Positions 27,066 through 36,938 of a stretch of DNA of 64,000 bases are shown piece by piece. The notes under the pieces are model-generated. The model saw nothing but the letters and a program-made list of their open reading frames with translations. It was not told the origin of the DNA and did no database searches. Origin of the DNA: a candidate division FCPU426 bacterium. GTDB lineage: Bacteria > Oederibacteriota > Muellerivitia > Muellerivitales > Muellerivitaceae. Made by a program: the position numbers and the translations under genes. Positions within the stretch are counted from its first letter, which is position 1. Every line of letters starts with the position of its first letter. Where the stretch lies: contig CAVRAL010000004.1 of NCBI GenBank assembly GCA_963719085.1, positions 416,001 to 480,000 of the forward strand, written 5' to 3'.

Positions 27066-28100
27066 ATGAAAGTTCTTATCATCGGCGGGACCGGCCTTAT
27101 CTCAACGGCTATCGTGAACCAGCTCGTGGAACGCGGCGACGAGGTCACCGTGGTCAACCGGGGGGTGAGCGAAAAGCGAATCCCCGATTCGGTCAAGACC
27201 ATCGTGGGCAACCGCTGGGACTATCCGGCTTTTGAGAAACTCATGGAGGGCCGATCCTTTGACGCGGTCATCGACATGGTGGCTTTCGCGCCGGAGAACG
27301 CCGAGTCAATCTTGCGCGCCTTCACGGGACGGGTGAAGCAAATCGTGGTTTGTTCCACGGTTTGTGTTTACGGCGGGCCCATGACCAAGCTCCCCGCCGA
27401 CGATGATGAGCCCCACCGGCCCGTGGGCGATTACGGTAAAAACAAATCGAAGATTGAGTCCATCCTGCTTTCGGCCAACGGTAAAAACGGCCTGCACACC
27501 ACGGTTCTGCGCCCCTCTTTCACCACTGGCGAAGGCGCCACCGCCTCCGGGATTCTTTTTGACGACAGCCTGCCCAACCGGCTGAAAGCCGGGCTTCCCA
27601 CGATTGTGATGGATGGGGGGAAAGCCGCCTGGGCCATCGCCCATGTGTCGGACGTGGCCCGCGGTTTCGTCAATTCGCTTTTGAATCCCAAAGCCTATGG
27701 ACAGGCCTATCACTTAACCAGCGACGAGCACACCACTTGGAACGGGGTCTTTGAGGCCCTCGCGAAAGCCGTGGGCGGAAAATGGAATCCGGCCTCGATC
27801 CCCACCGATTGGCTTTATGAGCAGGCGCCCAGGCGAAGCGTGGGCGTGAAATATATTTTCCAGTACCCTTCCATCTTTGATAACTCCAAAGCCAAGCGGG
27901 ACTTGGGTTTTAAAACCACGGTGCCTTTGGTGGAAACTTTCCGCCGTCAGGTCGAATGGATGGAAAAGACGGGCCGCTCGAAAAAAGTTTCAGAAGAACC
28001 TTTTGAGGATTTGATGATTGAGGCCTTTCAAAAGAACAAAAAACCGCTTTTGCCCGAGGGCATGGACTTTAATCCCTGGGGCAATGGAACGACGAATTGA
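27066..28100 (+). CDS. NAD-dependent epimerase/dehydratase family protein
   Basis: IIGGTGLIS, STVCVYG, YGKNK (YxxxK), HVSDVA. Confidence 0.9.
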   Translation: MKVLIIGGTGLISTAIVNQLVERGDEVTVVNRGVSEKRIPDSVKTIVGNRWDYPAFEKLMEGRSFDAVIDMVAFAPENAESILRAFTGRVKQIVVCSTVCVYGGPMTKLPADDDEPHRPVGDYGKNKSKIESILLSANGKNGLHTTVLRPSFTTGEGATASGILFDDSLPNRLKAGLPTIVMDGGKAAWAIAHVSDVARGFVNSLLNPKAYGQAYHLTSDEHTTWNGVFEALAKAVGGKWNPASIPTDWLYEQAPRRSVGVKYIFQYPSIFDNSKAKRDLGFKTTVPLVETFRRQVEWMEKTGRSKKVSEEPFEDLMIEAFQKNKKPLLPEGMDFNPWGNGTTN

Positions 28101-28115
28101 ACAAGAAGGACGATC

Positions 28116-28604
28116 ATGTCTTTTGAAAAAAGAATCAATTATGAATCCGTGGGACGTTACGACATCACTCCCATCTTCCGGGACCCGGCGGCTTTCGCGG
28201 ATCTTCTCGACCGCATGGCCGAAGGGCTTCGAGGACAAACTTTTGAATTGATCGCCGGGATCGACGCCTTGGGTTTCGTCATCGGCGCCGCCTTGGCCCA
28301 AAAATTAGAAAAAGGTTTTCTTGTCGTTCGAAAAGGGGGAAAACTTCCCGTCAAAACCACCAGCCTCGAATTCAAGGATTACTCGGGACAAGCCAAAAAG
28401 CTTGAAATCGCCTTGGACACGGTTCCGGCGGGCGCGAAAATTTTAATCGTGGACGATTGGATTGAGACCGGATCCCAGGTTCGCTCCGCCATTGAGCTCA
28501 TTGAAGGGCAAAGGGGCCAAGTCACCGCCATTGCCGCCATCAGAATCGACAAGCCGGGCGCGCAGTTGGGGTTCGGGAACCGTTTTTGCCTTTCTTTGCT
28601 GTAA
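28116..28604 (+). CDS. apt: Adenine phosphoribosyltransferase-like (type I PRTase)
   Basis: DITP, GIDALGF, RKGGKLP, ILIVDDWIETGS. Confidence 0.8.
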   Translation: MSFEKRINYESVGRYDITPIFRDPAAFADLLDRMAEGLRGQTFELIAGIDALGFVIGAALAQKLEKGFLVVRKGGKLPVKTTSLEFKDYSGQAKKLEIALDTVPAGAKILIVDDWIETGSQVRSAIELIEGQRGQVTAIAAIRIDKPGAQLGFGNRFCLSLL

Positions 28605-28635
28605 TGTGGGACAAATGCCGAACAGGAGAATTCTC

Positions 28636-29337
28636 GTGAAAAATATCCTATGGTTTGTGGCGGTCCTAGTGACCGTCTTGTCGGTAGCCCTGCTTGGCTG
28701 GGGTTTCCATTATCTGGGTCCCAGGACCCTGACCGGTCCCGGCGAAATCTTCATCCGCCAGCAGGCGAAAGACCCCAAGGCCTACCGGGCGGAATTTTTG
28801 GCCCAATCCCCCCAGCTCAAGGGGGCGGGCTTCACGGCCTATAGCTTCCACCGGGACCTCAAGGACCCCAAGATCCTCATCACCACGCTCAAGTGCTCCC
28901 ACCTGGGACAAGGCGTCGCCTTCGTGCAGTCTCCCCAGTTCACCTCGGCGCTGGACAAGTCCGGCGCCCGGATCCCGCAGGTCTGGTACGGGATGGACCA
29001 AAAACCCAGGGTCTACGGCGGGGACTTCAGCCCCAAACCCGCCGGGATCGTGATCGCCCGCAACGAAGTGCGCGACTACGCCTTCTGGCTTAAGTGCTTC
29101 TTCGCGGAGGACGGCGGCAAGCACAACCACCCGGGGAGAAAATATAAAAACAGCGACTACAGCATCCATTACCTCTTATTTACTCCCGCGGTGGCTATCG
29201 TGGCCCATGAGGCTTCGGACGTTTCTAAAGCGCCGCCTTTCATGATTTCGGACCCCATGACCGGTGAAATGCAGTCCACCGGCGTGATAGGCTTGGAGGT
29301 CTGGTACGGGATCAATATGGACGAAGGCGCTTTTTGA
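28636..29337 (+). CDS. Membrane-anchored hypothetical protein with two similar small domains
   Basis: AGGAG RBS + GTG, N-terminal TM; RQQAKDPKAYRAEF and RNEVRDYAFWLKCF repeats. Confidence 0.6.
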   Translation: MKNILWFVAVLVTVLSVALLGWGFHYLGPRTLTGPGEIFIRQQAKDPKAYRAEFLAQSPQLKGAGFTAYSFHRDLKDPKILITTLKCSHLGQGVAFVQSPQFTSALDKSGARIPQVWYGMDQKPRVYGGDFSPKPAGIVIARNEVRDYAFWLKCFFAEDGGKHNHPGRKYKNSDYSIHYLLFTPAVAIVAHEASDVSKAPPFMISDPMTGEMQSTGVIGLEVWYGINMDEGAF

Positions 29338-29365
29338 AACTTGAAAAATCAATTTACAATGATCG

Positions 29366-29440
29366 ACGCGGATGAACGCTGATTTCATTAACCATATTGA
29401 TTGCTGTCGGGCGTTCTTCATCATCGGCGTTTATCCGCAT
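29366..29440. repeat. REP-like inverted repeat (acgcggat-type, 10-bp period)
   Basis: acgcggatgaacgctgat ... atcggcgtttatccgcat; related copy at 34420-34484. Confidence 0.7.
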
Positions 29441-29496
29441 TTATCATTGTTCCATGAAATTTTTAGGTCGTTAGACAAAAGTTGAAGGAGCCCCTG

Positions 29497-30279
29497 ATGC
29501 AAAATGCCGAAACCCAAACCCTGCCCTTGGAAACCCCCTTGGTGGAACCCGCCTACTCCGGCTGGAGCGACGAAAAGCTGATGGCCTTTTCGGCCAACGA
29601 TTACATGCAAAAACTTTATCACCGGGCCAAAAACATCGGCGATGACCTTTACGATTCCCGGGCCTACGAATTTTTCAAGCTGGACCCCGAGGTCTACCGG
29701 GAAAACCTGATTACCTACATGCGGCGGCGCGCTTGGAGCGAGTGGTATTTCGGCACCGTGGCCCAGGCCCGGCAAATCACCCTTCTGGCCGACGACCAGG
29801 TGAATTTGAAGCTGCGCTTGGCCCGGCAAATCCGGGACGAGATGCGCCACTACGATGTTTTCGCCGCCCAGCTCAAGCGCTACAACGCCGAGCCGCGCAT
29901 TTCCGAATTCACCCTGCCGCCCATCTTGATCCAAATGCAAAAGGTCCAGACCGACGCCCAAACCGCCCCCGAGATCGCGGCCGCCAATCAGTTCGCCGGC
30001 GAGATTGTGCTGTCTTCCATGACCGATCTTCCCACCAGTATTTTCAAGGTGCTTTTCGATAAGGAACTGATGGACGCCATCGAGGACATCGAGAAGGATG
30101 AGCCCCCCCATATCGCCAATGGGAAGGATTTGATTTTGCTGGCCTGCGGTACGGCGGAGGAGCGACGCAAACTGGCGGTCGCCCAAGAAAAATATCTCTC
30201 GGCCATGATGCAGCTGCACGTGACCGAAATCGTGAAATTAGGCTGCCGCCGCTTGAAGCCCGTCCCCGTCTTCGAGTGA
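29497..30279 (+). CDS. Ferritin-like diiron-carboxylate protein
   Basis: E..DEMRH ... E..DEPPH ligand pattern. Confidence 0.8.
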   Translation: MQNAETQTLPLETPLVEPAYSGWSDEKLMAFSANDYMQKLYHRAKNIGDDLYDSRAYEFFKLDPEVYRENLITYMRRRAWSEWYFGTVAQARQITLLADDQVNLKLRLARQIRDEMRHYDVFAAQLKRYNAEPRISEFTLPPILIQMQKVQTDAQTAPEIAAANQFAGEIVLSSMTDLPTSIFKVLFDKELMDAIEDIEKDEPPHIANGKDLILLACGTAEERRKLAVAQEKYLSAMMQLHVTEIVKLGCRRLKPVPVFE

Positions 30280-30282
30280 GGG

Positions 30283-30960
30283 CTAGCGCGCCGGGCTTTT
30301 GGCCAAGTGCTCGGCCAAACGGTTGAAATAGGTTTCCCACGCGCTTAGGCCAAACCGGAAACCCGCCCCAATCGCTTGGGTTCCCCCGTCTATCCGCGCT
30401 TGGCGTTCCATGATCGTGGTGATTTCTTCCACATGCTCGGTTTCCAAGGTCAGGTGCTTGGTGAAATATTCCTGGTCCGCGGTCGGGTATTGGCTTTTCA
30501 AGGCCGGATAGAGGCGGCTTAAGGCGGGCTGGGCTAAAAATTCCCCGGCCGCCAAAGCGCCCAAGACGGCTCCCGCGGCTTCTTGATGCAGGTACTGACG
30601 TAAAGTTTCTCGCCACTCCACGGCGAAAGACGGCTCAGCCATTGAGGCCTGTTGGATCCCGGCGGTGAAAAGGAACTTTTGGTAGATGGCGTGATGGGTG
30701 CGGCTCGGATCGCCTTCGCCGCATTCCTGGTAGAGATTGACGGCTAAAACCGCCCGGGTTCGCTCATCTTCCATCCGCGAGGCGCCTTGGGCGATGAGGG
30801 AAGGAAAACTTTTGACCAGCGAGTCGAAGGAAACCAGGAAACGCTCCATCACGGCGGGGGCGACGGGGCCTTCTTCCCAAAAACGGAAAAAAGCCGACCG
30901 GCCGATCAATTCGTCGACCAGCGCGTTAAAGCGTTCCGCGATTTCTTTTTTCTGAGTCAT
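30283..30960 (-). CDS. Heme-oxygenase-like iron-containing redox enzyme (TenA/PqqC/CADD-like)
   Basis: NLYQECGEG..THH, AAGEF, YFTKHLTLETEH. Confidence 0.8.
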   Translation of the reverse strand: MTQKKEIAERFNALVDELIGRSAFFRFWEEGPVAPAVMERFLVSFDSLVKSFPSLIAQGASRMEDERTRAVLAVNLYQECGEGDPSRTHHAIYQKFLFTAGIQQASMAEPSFAVEWRETLRQYLHQEAAGAVLGALAAGEFLAQPALSRLYPALKSQYPTADQEYFTKHLTLETEHVEEITTIMERQARIDGGTQAIGAGFRFGLSAWETYFNRLAEHLAKSPAR

Positions 30961-31038
30961 GGGGAGGTCCTCGGCCTGCTCAAAGTGTACAATAAAAAGT
31001 CGAAAAAATTGTTTCCCAATTTTTTTTCACGGGGCCCG

Positions 31039-31974
31039 ATGAAAAACGTCAAAACAAAAGCAGCCGCATGCTTATGGAGCGCCTTTTTTTTAGCGGGACT
31101 GGCTCAAGGACAGACACCCGCCGGCCCCCATCCTTTCCTGCTCCAATGGGGTGTTTGGGGTTCGGGCAAGGGACAGATGTGGAATCCCTACAGCGTGGCC
31201 GTCAACGCGGAGGGTAATGTTTATGTTTCGGACTACGTCAACGAGCGTATTGAGGTTTTTAACGGCGCCGGAACTTACGTCAACCAATGGGGAAATAAGG
31301 GGGCCGGACCCGGCCAGTTTCACCACGCCCTAGGGGTGGCGGTCGGCCCCCAAGGCGATGTGTTTGTGGCCGATACCTTAAACGACCGGATTGAGAAATT
31401 CACTTCCACGGGGGCTTGGGAAACCCGCTGGGGGGGCGCCGGCGACGGCCCCGGGCAGCTTTTCAACCCCATCCTGCTAACGGTGGACGCGGGCGGGATG
31501 GTCCATGTGGTCGATGGCAGCAACAACCGGATTGAGGAATTTACCTCCGATGGGGTTTACCTGCGCCAAGAAGGCAAGCCCGGGACCGGCGCGGGCCAAT
31601 TCAACCTGCCCACCGGCGCCGCGGTCGACCGGGAAGGGAATCTGTACGTCTCCGACACCGGCAACAACCGGATCGAAAAGTTTAACGCCTCCGGCGGTTT
31701 TGTGGCCCAATGGGGGACTCCGGGCCAAGCCCCGGGCCAGTTCAATGGCCCGGGCGGCGTGGCGGTCGACGGAAAAAACAGGGTCTATGTGGTCGACTCG
31801 GGCAACGACCGGGTTCAGGTTTTTGGCCCCGATGGAAATTATTTGGGCCAATGGGGGAGCCCCGGCAAGGCGGCGGGCCAGTTCAACGCGCCGGAAGGCG
31901 CCGCGTTTGACGGCGCGGGAAATATTTATGTGGCGGACTGGGGCAATTGCCGGATTGAGAAATTCGGGCCTTAA
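31039..31974 (+). CDS. Exported NHL-repeat beta-propeller protein
   Basis: Six WG..G..PGQF..P.GVAVD..G.VYV.D..N.RIEKF repeats. Confidence 0.93.
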   Translation: MKNVKTKAAACLWSAFFLAGLAQGQTPAGPHPFLLQWGVWGSGKGQMWNPYSVAVNAEGNVYVSDYVNERIEVFNGAGTYVNQWGNKGAGPGQFHHALGVAVGPQGDVFVADTLNDRIEKFTSTGAWETRWGGAGDGPGQLFNPILLTVDAGGMVHVVDGSNNRIEEFTSDGVYLRQEGKPGTGAGQFNLPTGAAVDREGNLYVSDTGNNRIEKFNASGGFVAQWGTPGQAPGQFNGPGGVAVDGKNRVYVVDSGNDRVQVFGPDGNYLGQWGSPGKAAGQFNAPEGAAFDGAGNIYVADWGNCRIEKFGP

Positions 31975-32002
31975 CGATCTTGAGACAAAAGGCGGGCTTC
32001 AA

Positions 32003-33466
32003 ATGACGGATCATCCGGTTAAAAAAATCTCGTTGGACCAAATCGCCCGCGCCGCCATGGCTGAAAACGGCCTGGAGGCCGATTTCCCGCCCGACGCGTT
32101 AAGCCAATTGGACGCCATTCAAGGCCCGGCCACGGACGACGCTTTGCCCGACCTCACTTCCCTTTTGTGGTGCTCGATCGACAACGACGACTCTCGGGAT
32201 TTGGATCAATTGAGCGTGGGCGAAAAATTGTCCGATGGAAAAATAAAAGTGTATGTGGCGGTGGCCGACGTGGACGCCAAAGTCGCCCAAGGCACGCCCC
32301 TGGATCTTCACGCCCGAAAAAATACCACTTCCATTTATACGGGAGTGGAAACTTTTCCCATGCTTCCCGAAAAACTTTCCACCGACCTGACCTCCCTTTC
32401 CTTCAATGAAACCCGGATCGCGCTGGTGATTGAGATGCGCGTCGATGCCGACGGCCGGATGGACGATTATCAAATTTACCGTGCCCGGGTCAAAAACAAG
32501 GCCAAGCTGGCCTATAACGGCGTGGGCGCCTGGCTGGAAGGGTATGGTCCTTTGCCCGAAGCCGCGGCCCGGGTGCCGGGCATGGAAGCCCAGCTCCAAT
32601 TACAGGATGAGGCGGCGCAAAAGATGCGGGCCCTGCGCCACGAGCATGGGGCGCTGGATCTTCAAACCCTGCAGCCCCGGCCCGTGACGGACAAGGGCGT
32701 TGTGGTGGACTTGGCCTTGGAAACCCAGAACCGCGCCGGCCAGCTCATTGAGGATTTCATGGTGGCGGCCAACGGCGCCACCGCCCGCTTTCTCACCGCC
32801 CAAAACTTTCCCACCCTGCGCCGGATAGTGAAAACTCCCAAACGTTGGGACCGCATGGTGGCCGTGGCCGCCGGGCTGAATGAAAAACTGCCCGCGGAGC
32901 CCGATTCCAAAGCCCTGTCGGATTTTTTGACTCGCCAACGTCAAAAAGACCCGCTTCACTTTCCCGATCTTTCTTTGACCATCGTCAAACTCATGGGCCG
33001 GGGCGAATACGCGCTCGACACGCCAGGCCAAACACCGCTGGGCCATTTTGGTTTGGCGGTGCGGGATTACAACCATTCCACCGCCCCCAACCGCCGCTAC
33101 CCGGACCTGATCACCCAAAGGCTTTTAAAAGCCGCCCTGTCAAAAAAGCCGATTCCCTACACCCTGGGCGACCTTTCGTCCCTGGCGTCCCATTGCACGG
33201 AACAAGAAAACGCCGCCGACAAGGTGGAGCGCCAAGTGCGCAAATCCGCCAGCGCGGCCTTTTTGTCGGACCGCGTGGGCGAGCATTTTGACGCCTTGGT
33301 CACCGGCCTGTCGGACAAAGGCACCTGGATCCGGCTTTTGAAGCCGCCGGTCGAGGGAAAACTGGTTCAAGGCGCGCAAGGGCTGGATGTGGGCGATACC
33401 ATCCGGGTCAAACTGATCAGCGTGAATATTGACCGCGGCTGGATCGATTTCGTCAAAACATCCTGA
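32003..33466 (+). CDS. RNase II/R family (RNB + S1) exoribonuclease
   Basis: SIDNDDSRDLDQ, VAVADV, LIEDFMVAAN, HFGLA..Y.HSTAPNRRYPDL. Confidence 0.93.
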   Translation: MTDHPVKKISLDQIARAAMAENGLEADFPPDALSQLDAIQGPATDDALPDLTSLLWCSIDNDDSRDLDQLSVGEKLSDGKIKVYVAVADVDAKVAQGTPLDLHARKNTTSIYTGVETFPMLPEKLSTDLTSLSFNETRIALVIEMRVDADGRMDDYQIYRARVKNKAKLAYNGVGAWLEGYGPLPEAAARVPGMEAQLQLQDEAAQKMRALRHEHGALDLQTLQPRPVTDKGVVVDLALETQNRAGQLIEDFMVAANGATARFLTAQNFPTLRRIVKTPKRWDRMVAVAAGLNEKLPAEPDSKALSDFLTRQRQKDPLHFPDLSLTIVKLMGRGEYALDTPGQTPLGHFGLAVRDYNHSTAPNRRYPDLITQRLLKAALSKKPIPYTLGDLSSLASHCTEQENAADKVERQVRKSASAAFLSDRVGEHFDALVTGLSDKGTWIRLLKPPVEGKLVQGAQGLDVGDTIRVKLISVNIDRGWIDFVKTS

Positions 33467-33488
33467 TACTATATTTTCTGCGAAAAAA

Positions 33489-33661
33489 TTTCACCGCCAA
33501 GTTCGCCAAGAAAGAACGAAAACTTTTCATCCGAATTTGTGGTTAAACGAAAGAGAAACTGCCGAAATTTTTTAGTTAAAGAATCAGGCTCTTCCGTTCT
33601 TGGCGTCTGCCCCAACATTGTTTAATTGGAACGGGGCCGCCCTTGGGCGTGTGCGGTGAAA
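33489..33661. repeat. Degenerate copy of the cgccaag REP/MITE element
   Basis: tttcaccgccaagttcgccaagaaaga ... cttggcgtct ... gcggtgaaa. Confidence 0.65.
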
Positions 33662-33686
33662 TGGTTAAATTTTTAAAGGAGTCTCC

Positions 33687-34304
33687 GTGTCCGATCTTCC
33701 CATCAAAGCCCTCTTCCTCGACGTCGGGGGCGTGCTCTTGACCAACGGCTGGGACCGCAAATCCCGGCAGGGCGCGGCCGAAAAATTCGGTCTCAATTAC
33801 ACCGACCTGGAGGAACGCCACCACTTGACCTACGACACTTACGAAGCGGGTAAGATCACCTTAGAAACTTATTTGGACCGCATCGTTTTTTATGAAAAAC
33901 GCCCCTTCAGCCGGGAAGATTTTCGGGCCTATCTCTACTCCCAAACCCAGGCCCTGCCCGGCATGATCGACTATTTCACGAAACTCAAGGCCGATCATCA
34001 TTTGAAGGTGGGCGTGATCAGCAATGAGGGCCGGGAACTTTCGGAGTACCGGATCAACCATTTTAACTTGGGCACCTTGGCCGACTTTTTCGTCATGTCG
34101 GCCTTCGTGCATTTCCGCAAACCCGACACGGATATCTTTAAGCTGGCCTTGGATATCGCCCAGGTCCCGGCCCGGCAATGCCTTTATTTTGACGACCGGC
34201 CCCTGTTCGTGGAAGTGGCCCGCCGCTTGGGGATGCACGCCATCCATCACAAGGATTTGGCCGCCACTCAAAAAGCCGTGGCCGCGCTGGGCCTGCCCGC
34301 TTAA
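33687..34304 (+). CDS. HAD-superfamily phosphatase
   Basis: DVGGVL, ISN, RKP, FDDR. Confidence 0.92.
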   Translation: MSDLPIKALFLDVGGVLLTNGWDRKSRQGAAEKFGLNYTDLEERHHLTYDTYEAGKITLETYLDRIVFYEKRPFSREDFRAYLYSQTQALPGMIDYFTKLKADHHLKVGVISNEGRELSEYRINHFNLGTLADFFVMSAFVHFRKPDTDIFKLALDIAQVPARQCLYFDDRPLFVEVARRLGMHAIHHKDLAATQKAVAALGLPA

Positions 34305-34419
34305 AGTGAACTAAAAAAAATCAAGGCAATTGGAACAATGATGCCCCGGATCTCCATAAAGGATTTAAGGAGGCCCGGGACAATGCCGCTCTCCCTGACT
34401 CATATGAATAGCGGCGCGG

Positions 34420-34484
34420 ACGCGGATGGACGCGGATTATAGAAAAAATGATTTTGGGTCGCCCCCATCGGCGTTTATCCGCGT
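34420..34484. repeat. REP-like inverted repeat (acgcggat-type)
   Basis: acgcggatggacgcggat ... atcggcgtttatccgcgt. Confidence 0.7.
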
Positions 34485-34573
34485 TAATCACTACTCAAGA
34501 TGTTTTGAAAATCCTTCCCAAAGCCCCTTTCAAAAGCTAAAGTCTTGGTCGACCACTCACCGGACGGGGGCGC

Positions 34574-36901
34574 ATGAAATTTAAACACATACTGACGGTC
34601 ATCGCCGTACTCGGCGCGTTGTCGGTCCTGGACTATTACTACTATTCCAATTGGTGGACGGCCCGCGAAAATATTTCAGCCCCGCCCCAGCCGCCGAAGC
34701 CCTCGCCCCAACCATCCCAAGCCCTGATCAATGACTTGAAACTGGGCGGTTCCAGCCTGCCCGCCTGTCCGCTTCTATTTCCCCTGCTGGATTCCAAGGG
34801 CCGCGTCACGCCGCTGGGAAGCGCCTTAAGTTACCTCAGCATGAAACAAGCCTCTTATTTGCCCCAGGCGATTTTGAGCCTGCCCGACCTGGACCAAGCC
34901 TTTCAGGATCTGGGTCTTTTCAGCGCCGAATCCTCCGCCGACGCTTTTTACAAAGATCAGCTTCCCTACCGCTTTCAAACCAAAGACTTTGGCGAAGGCA
35001 CTTGGAAAAAAACCTACCAGGGTTGGAAAATTCATTTGCGCTTTTGGGGAACCAAGCCGGAAAAAACCTACAACCAATCCTTCGCCAAAGGCGGGCTTCA
35101 TAACGCGCCAAGCTGGATCGCGGCATGCCTCCAGGACTACATCGGCTTCAAGCCCTCCCCGGAAGAAACCATGGTTTTGACCCAACCCATTTTTAACGAC
35201 GATGTCGATCTTCTGCGCGCCGCCAGTCTGGAATCCCTTTTTAACCAAGGCGGGGCCCGCCTCATCACCCATTGGCAGGACATCTTGGCCAAGAATCCGG
35301 ATCAGCCTGAAATCGTCGGCCGCTGGGCGGCCATCTTGGACTCGCGGGAAAACCAGGGCCATCCCGAAGGGTTGGAGGCGCTTTTGAAAAAACAGCCCGC
35401 CTCCGGTTTAGCGTCCCAAGCCTTGGCCCGGGAATATTTGCGGGCCGGTCGTTTCAGCGACGCTTGGCCCCTTTTCTTTTCCCTGTTGAAAAACGACGAC
35501 AATAACGGCGCGCTTTATTCGAGGGCCATTGACTGCTTGGAAGGCTTGGGCGATTGGCAAGGCGCGGTTCAATTGAGCAGAAATTGGACCCAAAAATATC
35601 CCAACAATCCGGAAAGCTGGATGGAATTGGGCCTGACGCTGGTGAAAGACACGGATTACTTCCTCAAGCGGCAGTCCTCCGGAACCGATTCCACCGCTCC
35701 CGTGACCACCCTATCGCCGGACCTCACGGAAGCTTTCGCGGCGGCCCAAAAGGCTTCCCAGCTCGCGCCCGGCGATGTCCGGGTCTGGACCCTGCTCATC
35801 ACCAACGGGAACCGCGCGCGCCAAGCACAGCCCCTGTTGGATTCCTATTTGCAAAAGGCCATTCAGTTGGACCCGGCCGACGACAAGCCATTTGAGGCTT
35901 ATTTAGACGCCCTCGAAACGCAAGGACTGGTCGATGTCCAGGACGCTTGGAACTTCGCCCGCCAAAACGCGGCCCAACATCCCTATTTGTTTTACACCCT
36001 GGCCGCCTTTGAGCTTTCTTCCACGAGTCCGGCTCAAACCCTGGACAACCTGAAAAAATTCAAGGAAACCGCCGCTTTGGAGCAGGCTTATCGGGATGAT
36101 TTGAAAAAGACTCCGGCTGATTTGAGCCTTTGGCGGGACTATTTGAAATGGACCGACCTAGCCGGCACCACGCCCAAAGCCCTGGCCTTCGCCCAAATCC
36201 TGACGGCGGGCAAGCCGGAACTTAAAAGTTTGCCGCCCACGCTGGTGCTGTTGTCCTGGGAAGCCGCGTCCGCCAACCAAAACCCGGAAGCCGGAAAAGC
36301 GAAGGCCGTTTCCCAAATCGCGGCGGCCGACCGCGCCCTGCTGGTTCTGGATGACGGCAATGAACGGGTGTGGAACGAGTACGCGAAACTTTGCGTGGAA
36401 AATCATTGGGACGCGGAAGCTAAAAAAGCCATGGACGCGGTTGGGGACGATTGCGACACGGGCGTCTGGCCCCAGCAGGACTTTGACAAGGCCCGGGTCG
36501 CCTTGGGGCTCGACCCGATCCCGCCCCAACCGGATGTCACCGAAACGAAAGAGGATGTTTCGGTCACTCCCCCGCCGGCCCAACCCGTTGAAACGCCCAC
36601 TCCCGCGGCGAAAACAAAAATCACGGCTCCGGAAATTTCACCCGGACCGGCCTTGGCCCCCACACCGCCTGAAACGCCGTCCGTTTCTCCTGAAGTTCCG
36701 ACGGCGTCCCCGGCCCCTGGGGCGATCACTCCCACGGCGATTTTGAAAATCCAAACGCCGGTAACGACGGCGGACCTGGCGCGGCTGATCCCACCCTCGC
36801 CTCAGCCCACGGTTCAACCGGCTGTCAGCCCCGTTCAAACGCCTCAACCCATTCTGACCGCCGTCCCCGCTTTATCCCCAACGGCAACCCACACGCCTTA
36901 A
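34574..36901 (+). CDS. Membrane-anchored TPR-like protein with Pro/Thr-rich C-terminal tail
   Basis: N-terminal TM, TPR-like helices (YPNNPESWMELG, QKAIQLDP), P/T-rich tail. Confidence 0.7.
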   Translation: MKFKHILTVIAVLGALSVLDYYYYSNWWTARENISAPPQPPKPSPQPSQALINDLKLGGSSLPACPLLFPLLDSKGRVTPLGSALSYLSMKQASYLPQAILSLPDLDQAFQDLGLFSAESSADAFYKDQLPYRFQTKDFGEGTWKKTYQGWKIHLRFWGTKPEKTYNQSFAKGGLHNAPSWIAACLQDYIGFKPSPEETMVLTQPIFNDDVDLLRAASLESLFNQGGARLITHWQDILAKNPDQPEIVGRWAAILDSRENQGHPEGLEALLKKQPASGLASQALAREYLRAGRFSDAWPLFFSLLKNDDNNGALYSRAIDCLEGLGDWQGAVQLSRNWTQKYPNNPESWMELGLTLVKDTDYFLKRQSSGTDSTAPVTTLSPDLTEAFAAAQKASQLAPGDVRVWTLLITNGNRARQAQPLLDSYLQKAIQLDPADDKPFEAYLDALETQGLVDVQDAWNFARQNAAQHPYLFYTLAAFELSSTSPAQTLDNLKKFKETAALEQAYRDDLKKTPADLSLWRDYLKWTDLAGTTPKALAFAQILTAGKPELKSLPPTLVLLSWEAASANQNPEAGKAKAVSQIAAADRALLVLDDGNERVWNEYAKLCVENHWDAEAKKAMDAVGDDCDTGVWPQQDFDKARVALGLDPIPPQPDVTETKEDVSVTPPPAQPVETPTPAAKTKITAPEISPGPALAPTPPETPSVSPEVPTASPAPGAITPTAILKIQTPVTTADLARLIPPSPQPTVQPAVSPVQTPQPILTAVPALSPTATHTP

Positions 36902-36938
36902 AACTCGAAAGGCGCCTAAAACTATTTCGGGCCTTGGG

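Noticed and set aside
31505..32002. N-terminal extension of the RNB protein in the ORF track
   Set aside because: Overlaps the NHL gene in another frame; the real start is most likely ATG 32003.
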